64,000 bases of DNA from contig NC_042998.1 in the NCBI RefSeq assembly GCF_006345805.1, positions 93,434,001 through 93,498,000 of the forward strand. Reading direction: 5' to 3'. Both the position numbers and the translations under genes were made by a program. The first letter of the stretch is position 1. Each line of letters opens with the position of its first letter. The DNA comes from Octopus sinensis. Its lineage: Eukaryota. This document shows, piece after piece, positions 54,041-64,000 of the stretch. The notes below the pieces were generated by a model. It was not told the origin of the DNA. It searched no databases and saw only the letters and a program-made list of their open reading frames with translations.

Positions 54041-54515
54041 CATAGGAAGGAATATTAACTGCCATATCTTTACTATTAAGAGGACGTGTGCCACCTACTC
54101 CACCACATGAGTTGCACACGGATTTCGAGGTCGAATATTTTCAGTGATACAGATGCAGGGTATACGGACTCTGAAGGCAATTAGCATCGTGGTGTGCCTC
54201 GATTAAACTAAAGTGACGACTTTTCACCCGTGTATTGGTGGATTGCTCTTATTTGTTTTATTTATATCTAGCTTAATTATACCCGTCTGCATTGTAAACG
54301 GACGTCGTAAATTTGGTATGGTCCTATTTCATTTTCTCCTCCTTCACATAAGCCATTCACTTTTATTCTATAAAGGCATAACCCAAAACTTTAGGTCTTC
54401 TATTTCTTTTCATTTTCACTATTTATTTTAACTGTACACAGTGTTATCTTTTGTTTCGTTTTTCCACATTTTCCCACTACGTTTTTTTTATTTTTACTTA
54501 ATATTGTTTTTGTTT

Positions 54516-54698
54516 TAGGCGACGAGCTGGGCAAAATACTTAGCGGTACTTCGTCCGTCTTTACGTTCTGAGTTCAAATTCCGCTGAGGTTAACTTTGCC
54601 TTTACATTAAGTATCAGTGAAATCCTAAGGATGACATAATCGACTGCTCTCCTCCCCGCAAATTTCAGGTTTTGTGCCTTTAGTAGAAAGGGTTATTA
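54516..54698 (+). mobile_element. SINE family A (deleted)
   Basis: Family A motifs. Confidence 0.8.
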
Positions 54699-57600
54699 CC
54701 TTGCCCCGCAAAGATACGTTTCACGTGGATTTGCAATTTCTTAATTTTCTTAATTGCCTTTTTATTTGTATGTCGTATCTAGTATATCTACAACTTAAAA
54801 AGGGATCTGTTTCCACTTTTTTTATGCCTTCCCTTTTTGAGGAGGAAAAAAACATAGTTGAACATTTTTTTTCTTTAGATTTACTCAAAAGAGCATGGAG
54901 AAGCAGAATCAATGCTGCCTTAAAGACAAAATTTCGAAAATACAAACAACCACAAACAAAACAAGCAGAAGAATGAGCAATGAATTTTACAGCTAGATAC
55001 TCTTGGAAGTAAGATAAAATTTCTAAGTACCGTGAACAATACAAGTGACACATTTGGAAACAGAGTTTGACAAACAGAAAAGCACATTTATAAGTTTATA
55101 TTTTATACTGAATATGAAATTTAATACAAATTATTGTGTGCTATCCGAATTTTCATCAAAACTTAATTTACAAAAATAAATAGGCAATATAAACTGATGA
55201 TTTTTAAAATTCCTCATTTGTGATCAGGCTATTTCAACACTTAAATTTAAAGCTCACAAACAGTTTTCTAGCGCTCATACGCATCTGTTTAAAACTTTGA
55301 TAAACACATTCCTACTAATCATGATACTCTATTTTAATTAGATTTTTCAGTTTTAATCCTCGTTAAGCGTACGATGTCATGAAACGTTAGAATATTCACG
55401 AAAGCACTTAAAATTTTATTTAAGAAAAAAAAGCAGAGTGAAAAAGGCCTCACACTAAAATTACTATTTCACTTCACCATTCTATCCTTTAAGTTAAAGA
55501 AGTCAATTGCAATATGTCTAAACTATAAGATTGATAGATGAAAATTCTTAAATTGAGTCAGCTAACTGTACGTCTTAAAAGCTGGCCTTAAGAAACATAT
55601 TGTTAATATTAAGACAATTTGAAGAAAAAAAATACATAAATGTTTCTGGGTGCAAATTAGTTATAGGAATTTCAGTCTGCTACTATACAATTTGATGTGG
55701 ACTAAGCTGTGGGGAATGGATAGATAGCTGATCTATAAACTTATCTGAAAATGGTATTTGTGATAAATGTGTGTTGTATTCAGAGATTTCTCTCTTTTGC
55801 TTCACACTGTCAAAATCAAAGTGTCGTCTGCTCAGTCTCTTGTAATTTATATTATTTTCAACCAGATTATTTTTTTTAATTCTATAGTTTTTTATTTATA
55901 TATTTCAATAAAAATATAAGATACATCAGGCTTTAAAATTATTTTATTTCGAATTTGTAACAAATAGTTCAGAAGCATTTATGCAAACCTAATTTGGTAA
56001 TAAGTAAAGAATTATCTGGTGGTTCATTGAATTCCATAGTTAAAGAGATATACAGAAGTAGTCGTCACCTAAATTCAGACGTTTGTAAAGTAGAATATAT
56101 CAAGATTGAAAAAAGTTTAAAAATTCAGAGATGTGAACCCAAACATCATCTTCGTTGAAAATGGGACCTTTTCTCAACTAAAAGATATTTTGTTTCTCTT
56201 TTTGTTATTGGAGCAACGTGAAATAAAGTGTGTTGCACAACGCGTCACTGGGTATCGAATTCACGACCTTACGATCGCAAGCCGAACACCCAAACCAATA
56301 AGTCACGCACGAAATTTACAGCAGTCAATTAGCTTTTATTAAGTTTCTCTATTTGTATTTTCGATATGTGACTTGCTGACGAGAGCAATTCCTCTTTTGT
56401 TTATACAAGATATGGTGGATAATGCTACCACAACCTTGACAAACTTCATCAGTTTGAACGAACCACTCCGTGAAAGCCATTTCAATGTTATTGGACTTAT
56501 CCAGATTGTTTGCTTCTATTTCATTCCATTTATTAAAACTGCCAGCTCTTTTTTTATTAATAACTTCGAAAACTTTCTCTTTAATTAAAATTTTCCGATA
56601 ATACTAATATTGTACCTGAACTTTATTGGTGAGATATAAAGAAATTGAAACTTACGTTTACAGTTTACTATTGTACGCAGTGGCGGTATTGTATATTTAG
56701 TGAATGGTTCATTAGTGTGCAGCACAGGGTCCAAATTCATACATGGATATAATCTGGAAATTATACCCATCTCCAGGGTAAGTTGTTGATTGATATAACA
56801 CGAAAACGAAATCTGCTGCCATGGTTTTACCCTAGTCACGTACAGGAAATAAGAATCTGATACATTCATTTCCTCGTATTCAATTTATTTGTTACAATAT
56901 CAGCATTGGATACAATACTCAGAATTAAAACAATACAAAAACAGTGAAATCTTATGAAAATTATAAACTGTAAACAAAATTTGCGGTTGAAAAATCTAAG
57001 ATATCAGTTACGAATTGAAACTACGTTATATGCAAGTAATAACTATATCCTTGCTAATTTATAACAACGCCGTATGCGAACTAAATAGAACGACTTGCAT
57101 TAGTTTGTATTTATTAACTTGAAAAAATAAGATTTAGAAAACAAGTATATGATCACCGAAGTGTTGACGTGACTGCAGTAGCAACTAGTGAATTTCTAAA
57201 TGTTCTATACACACAAAAGCTTATTCAATAACCATTTATGATCAACCCAATAAATTACATTGGGAAAACGACGCGTGAGATATTAAGCATGTAAAGACTA
57301 CATAGCTTGGTTGTCAGGGCACTAAATAATATTTAATCTGATGGGTAGTAAGTAACAAGACTGGCATGTAGTTCATGTATGCTCCCACTCAAGAATCTAA
57401 CCTCTATCGGCTTGCAATACTTCTAACTTCTTGTTTAATTTCCTTTGTTAGGCACACATCTAAAAGCTTGACTCTTTACATACGACAAAAATTAATCAAT
57501 CCGTTGAAAAAAGAAAACAGAAAACTTCCTGAAGCGAGAGGTTGTCTTTTCATGACAGTGACAAGGTGATTGTCACCCTCAAAGCATGATACCGCAACCG

Positions 57601-60600
57601 GAGGTCATTAGCTCAGAAATTTCATTCTATTGGTAATAAACTTTTTCGTGAAATATGAAACAGATGAATTAATTCAGAATTTAACATATAAACCCACGAA
57701 CAACCGACAAATGATCCGCTGCAAAATTTATCTGACCCGTTATTTATTCATTTTTATTAAACAAGTTATATTTTCATGACAGCATAAGCTACGTTAAAAA
57801 AAGCATTAAAAACCACGTAGTTTTTAAGCAATTATCCTAACAACACTTGATCGGATCTATAGTCTATTCCTTTCTTTTATTATTTCGCTATGAATTATGT
57901 GACACTACATTCAACTTTCAATATATACATTTTTTTTCACATTCATTTTTGCTGTCTTAATTTAGTCTCAGTCGTTGCTTCCGAAAACGTCCGTATAGAT
58001 ATTTTTATTCGTGTAGCGATAGTATTCAGAACAAAACAGCATCAGTTTCGTGGCTGGAGTTTTAACTTAAAACTTATTCATGCAGTCAAAGATGATTCAG
58101 TAAAGTGTTGGGTAAAATCCCTTGCAATACTAGTTGAAATTGTGCCGGGCCCGATTTTATTTTTCTCTTTTCCGACGATAAAATAAATAGCTGTTGTGTA
58201 TTGGGGTTGATTAAGTCGACCGCATACATCTTCCCTCAAATATATTACGCCCTTGCATTTAGAATGCTACAAAAACAACGACTACCCTAAGCAACTAAAG
58301 CTGGCAAACATAAGAAAAGTTCAAGCAACTTACAAAACAAGTAATCAGTTTTAAAAGACCTTCGGGAAGGAGATCTTAATTATTGTATAGATAATCCCGG
58401 TGGATCGAAGCACTTTCAACACTAACTATATTATTTATACATGTGGGTCTTGAATGTACTTGTATTTAGTATGTAGAACAGCTAGTCCACTGCTATAATT
58501 CCTGTTCAGCTATAATGTTGCAATTCATAATCAACGCCACTCTATCCCTTTATATATATATATATATAAACACATGCATATCATTCATTAGTCTGTCGAC
58601 TGAGAATGTATTTTGCTGAGAAGCTCTAATAATATCGAAACATGTAAAATGTACTTCCAGCAGTTAGCTTTAAAGACAAAATCCGTTCAATTCTGCACTG
58701 AGTGTGTTATCAAAACTTTTTAACTCTTTTGTTTGTATTTTATATATTTCAAATACCTCTAGAAAGGAAGTTTTAGCAACTTACGGCTTTGGTATTCCTC
58801 AGTTGAGGGAACTAAATTAGCTTATTATAATATGCATATGAGATATATACTGTAATGATAAACTAGTCGATTGACCTTTTATGGTTTTTAAAGAACAATT
58901 CCACCGTTTTCAGTGGTTGGTTTCATGACATTACGGTACAGGAGATCTATTCAACAAATACTGCTTTATAATTCCATACAGAAAAAATATATGTGAAGTA
59001 TAAATATAGAATTTTTAATTAATCTTCATTCAGTTTCATTTATCGACGCTTACAAATCTAGTATACTAAAATATGCATGCGAATTTATGTGTATGTGTGT
59101 TAGCTGCAATTTATAAAATGGTACGCCTGCAAGTATCACGATTAAAAAGGATGTATTTTCCATTGAAATTCAGTTATATTCAAAATTTTTGAAAAACTGA
59201 ATTTAATATTACTCAGGACCAAAATCAAACAAACAATGCTTCTTAAAATTGTAACCTGCGGCAAATAAAGATTCATTGCTTTTCAAACTTTTTAAAATTC
59301 ACTTTCATTCAAAGATCTGCGCCATAGTTTCGATTCGGTGCACTACTGAAGACGAACCCAACCAAAATAATAATTTTATTCATTACGCTGGTGAATCTTC
59401 TGATTAATTTAGCCAAATGAACAAAAATATTATCAGGCAGGTGTGAGAACAATACTTGAAGGAAGCATTTTCGAACAAAATAATTGAAATCCTCTTTTTG
59501 TTTTTTCAATTTAAGAAACTGTTTCCTGTCAACAAAATATTTCTTTTATATGTAGAGCTTTCGGGTTGAAGCCATATTAAAAATTCCTGAACGGTGCTGA
59601 GGCTTTCTAATAGTAAGACTGGCTACAGTTCATTCGCCGCATTTGAAATTCTTTCACAACTCATTGTTCTGTTTCCTTTCACGAAAGATTAGTTTCGTGA
59701 GTTTCAATTCCTTCAAATCGGACTTTTTCTATTGGGGCCAGATTTTCTAACAACTTGGTGCTTCTATTTCCTTCCTTTTTAGTTTGATTGAAGGATAATG
59801 TCTAATTTACGAACATTAAGCTGCATTTTTGGTGATCCTAATGATCGGGAAAAGAAATAATAATTGCCTTCTCGGAAGATGATAATTTTTTATTTCCTAT
59901 TACTGAAGCCACTATCAAACTGAAATATAAAAACATGAAACACAACGCTTGAACTAGTACAAACCATGCTTTAGGTAACCCTCAACGTTAATAGTAAGAC
60001 TTTTTTGCAAGACTATATAAGTCGCAACGACTCATAGCGAGTGAGACGTTAGCACAAAGATTTTCAATAAAATCAAAGCAGAGCAGTAGTAGCAAAAACA
60101 GAAATGAAAGAATGAAAAAGAAACAAAGCAGTTTTTTTAAATACTCACCTCCAAAATTAATAAAATATATGATTAAATTATAACAATCTTTGATTTCAGC
60201 AACTTTTGCATGTGTGTATGTGTGTGTGAGAGAGAGAGAAGATAAATAAGATACATTTCGAAACTGTCCGTAACTCATTTTTTCTACCTGTAAAAGTCTA
60301 TATGCACTGATCTAAAGGGCTCCAGGTGATTATATTCTAGTGATGCAGCTTAATAAAATCAAATCATGCCTATAGTTTTCGCTGTGCCTGCCAACAAAAA
60401 TCAGGCTTCTATGCAGTTGTGAAACTAGAATTTTCTGCGATTCTCAATAACGAGAGGAGGTGGAGGGCTTACCACATATTTAGGGACCAAGTCAAAAACA
60501 GGACTTCTGTAAGCCACAGAAATTAAACTTCCGAACGTATGATCACTTTGTCATAATTCGTATATTTATTTCATTGTGCAAAAAACATTGAATATGAAAG

Positions 60601-61577
60601 CGTTTACTATAGTATATTAACATACTAAAAGACAAGACATTCACCGATAAAAAGAAAGGTAGTTAGGAATTTTTATAAAGCTATTTGGTAAACCTGAAAA
60701 ATAAAAAAAAAATATAAGACTGGACGTTAGTAAATTCTCGAGATTTTAAAATAATTTTTGTAAATAAAGCACACACTATAAAAGTTAATTTCTGGCGCAA
60801 CTTATAGCTTATCTTCCTACAACATATTTATGTCGTTATAGAATGAACGTTGATTGCTAATAATTGCAACTAATTATTTCTTAGAATTGATTTCACAGAA
60901 AATGATAGTTTCACGCTTAGATTGAAATTAAAACTTTTGTTAATAGCTATCGTGAAAGCTACGAGTATGATTTAATTTTACTAAACCGCGTCAATGGAGT
61001 GTAGTCACCTCGAGCCTACTAGAATGTAGATTTTTACAAGAAGGAAAAAGAATTTCGAATAATTTTGTAACATGTCTATGTTCTACGTTATAGTATTGTT
61101 TCTGCTTATAAATGATCGTGCCTGTCAGCTACTCCAAACATAATATACAGCTACAATTAATAAAAACTGCATTTTGTAAAACACTTTCTTTCAAAAAGTA
61201 ACGTCTTTGAAAGAGTCACAATGGTAAGTTAAGTTTAGAAAGAGGCCATGGGTAAAATAAAGTTGATAACTACTATATAGATAAATATGCTTAGAATAAG
61301 CACAATACTTTTTTTTTTTTTTGTGAGAGTGGGCATGTAGCTGTTTTTAAAATCAGAACAAAGCATTGTGATGTAACATATCAAATTTTCCATTCGACTA
61401 AAATATAGGAAACAACGGGGTGAAATAAAGAAATAATGTGTGCATAAGTTTTGGCAGTTGCTACCGTTGACAAAAAGTTATGTACACTTTACGTAATTTC
61501 CATCGAGGTGATGATAAGTTCAAATCCCGCTGAAGTCAACTTCGCCTTTTATACCTCCAGATTCGATAAAATGAATT

Positions 61578-61978
61578 CTTTTCTACTCTAGGCACAAGGC
61601 CCGAAATTTTTGGGCGGGGGGAGGCAGTCGATTAGATCGACCCCAGTGCGCAACTGATACTTAATTTATAGACTTCGAAAAGATGAAAGGCAAAGTCGAC
61701 CTCGGCGGAATTTGAACTCAGGACATGAGGACAGACGAAATACCTACTTCTTTACTACCCACAAGGGGCTAAACACAGAGAGGACAAACAAGTACAGACA
61801 AACGGATTAAGTCGATTATATTAACCCCAGTGCGTAACTGGTACTTATTTAATCGATCCCGAAAGGATGAAAGGCAAAGTCGACCTCTCGAAATTTAAAC
61901 TCAAAACGTAACGGCAGACGAAATACGGCTACGCATTTCGCCCGGCGTGCTAACGTTTCTGCCAGCTCGCCGCCTTAG
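61578..61978 (-). mobile_element. Dimeric SINE family A with 15-bp target-site duplication
   Basis: Full monomer 61811-61977, linker, headless second monomer 61578-61743. TCGATAAAATGAATT at 61563-61577 and 61979-61993. Confidence 0.88.
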
Positions 61979-62880
61979 TCGATAAAATGAATTAGCAGAC
62001 AAATAATGGAGTTTATCGACAAAAACCACCCTGTCTCAAAACATTGTTGGCCTTGTGTCTAAATTACAGACAATTATTAGACATATCTACGAATATTTCG
62101 ATGCTCTCTTGTAATACTGATGAGAAATAAGTATTCACCCTCGTGTACTTGCTGTAATGAGACAAAAGTTGACTGGGGCATAAAGACTATAATGTGTTTG
62201 CAAAGTAGCGCTTTCTTATAATTAAACCAAATAAGAAAGAAAAAATACTGACAATCTAAATAAGGATATGATATAAAATACCGGGATTAAGCTATTAAAA
62301 CAGATAGACCTTTGTGATTAAGACACCGCTAAATATTTACAGATTTGCAATTTTAAAATGATATCCGCAATAAAAATAATCTAATAAAATAATACTTGGA
62401 GCTTCTGACAAAGAAGCGACTTCATAAAAATGTCAATTTTATCTCATTTCTTTTCTTGAATAATGAACAATAAAATAAATAACCACAACGATCAGCAAAC
62501 CCTTAGATTTATTGTTCCTCTTGTAGGTAATGGATTAGTTCAAAGGTTCATTCGGTTCAAACAGATTAGCTTTACATGTTTTGGGGTTATATATTTTTTT
62601 GTTTTACTTTGTAAACGCCCGGTGACAATATGTTTATTGATTTCTAACTGGATGCAAAAGTATAAATTTACAAAGAAAAATATGATTGTATAATGTTCAT
62701 GCCTTTCTCGAGCAGACTAACTACTTAAAAATGAAGTGAAGTGGTTTCAACGGGGAAGCGAAATAAGTTCCTTATCTAGACTAGAACAGACATTATCTAT
62801 TGCTTAATCGCGATCTCCGATGCTTCATTTATTTCTTATATGAACAAATATAATTACGAAAGATAAATTTATAATGAACA

Positions 62881-63270
62881 TTCTCTTACTTGTTTCAGTC
62901 ATTTGACTGCGGTCATGCTGGGGCACCGTGAAAAATTATTAGTCGAATGAATCAATCCCAATACTTATTTTTTTAAAGCCTGACATTTATTCCATCAGTC
63001 TCTTTTGCCAAACCACTAATTTACGGAGACGTAAACACACCAATACCAGTTGTCAAGCAGTGGTCGGGACAAATACACACACAAACACGTGTGTGTGTGT
63101 ATGTGACGGATTCTTTCAGTTTCCGTCAACCAAATCCACTCACAAGGCCTTTGGTCGGCCCGAGGCTATAGCAGAAGACACTTGGCCAAGGTGCCATACA
63201 GTGGGACTGAACTCAGAACCATGTGGTTAGAAAGTAAACTTTTTACCACATAGCCACCATACCTGCGCCT
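62881..63270 (-). mobile_element. Full-length SINE family B
   Basis: Head AGGCGCAGG..GTGGCTATGTGGTAA, CACCTTGGCCAAGTG, internal CA run, tail CGGTGCCCCAGCATGACCGCAGTCAAATGACTGAAACAAGTAAGAG. Confidence 0.88.
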
Positions 63271-64000
63271 AAAATTCATAGTGTAACAATTTTCCAAAAT
63301 GCGTATATCATCAAATTTTAGTATACCAGTCTACGAGGAATCAGAAATTAACACCAGAACTTGAACTTCCCGGCCAAATAAGGGTTATCACTACAGAAAA
63401 AATAATAAAGTTTTAAAAATTGTTTAAATGTCTAAAATTTATTCCCAAAATCCGTCACGTGAAAATATATACGAAATTAGAGACAACGGCTTACCACTTT
63501 TGTTAATGTTCCGAAGAAAAGTCGAGTTATTAAACATGTATTAAAAAGCACTAACTGTTATACATATGTTCTACGTTACTTTATGAATGCTCGAAATTTA
63601 AATATTTATGGAAGGCGTCTGAATATTCCGCTCATTGTGTTAAGTTGAGAGCATACTTCTTCCTTAGCTGTGACATCAACTTGCAATTAAATTATTTATA
63701 CGGACTATGCAAATCAATTTTATTGTAGTTGGCTAGTCTTCTCAGTGTTATTGCAAGTAAGACCTTATTTTCACCGGAAACTCTAATAAAATCATAAATT
63801 CCCCTAAGGTAAATAAAGTTTATCGTGAATAATAAAAATAAACATCATGAAAGTGGGACATAAAGACGTAAAATGTAGTTATAATTGGATTTCTTCCGTG
63901 TATGTGCGCGCGGGCGTATATAAAGTTAGTTTCATGCTATGTGACTATATACAGAAGAAAATAAATGTGGACCGCCATTATAATGGGTGCTCTCAAGGAC

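Noticed and set aside
54213-54310. Signal-peptide-like hydrophobic stretch followed by a donor-like site
   Set aside because: No ATG, an in-frame stop just upstream, and no acceptor.
62110-62140. CTGATGA-GAAA-TAAGTA
   Set aside because: No stem II at all and stem I breaks after one pair.

Overview
AT-rich, repeat-dense eukaryotic DNA. The SINE families and microsatellite load look like an octopod cephalopod; this is inferred from recognition, not from a search. I find no intact host protein-coding gene, and the many Tyr/Ile-rich ORFs are translations of TA/TATACA microsatellites. Mobile elements supported by the sequence: three CR1/L2-group LINE fragments; a 2.4 kb R4/Dong-type restriction-like-endonuclease (RLE) retrotransposon in an (AAT)n tract; a second RLE fragment; a Penelope-like endonuclease remnant; an internally deleted DD34D mariner with both TIRs; a probable pogo remnant; two non-autonomous Helitron-like elements; and many tRNA-derived SINEs, some dimeric or nested. 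The most interesting signal is a set of short non-coding elements in TA microsatellites that carry type I hammerhead ribozyme motifs with self-complementary stem III. One copy has an intact catalytic core (2641-2737). Two related copies (20611-20644, 27218-27252) have different damaged core positions. This suggests at least two families of Penelope-derived or retrozyme-like RNA elements. Also noted: a 46-bp perfect palindrome, a candidate recursive splice site, a CpG-rich island, and a SINE sharing its 3' end with one LINE subfamily. Repeat boundaries are read by eye and approximate unless stated.
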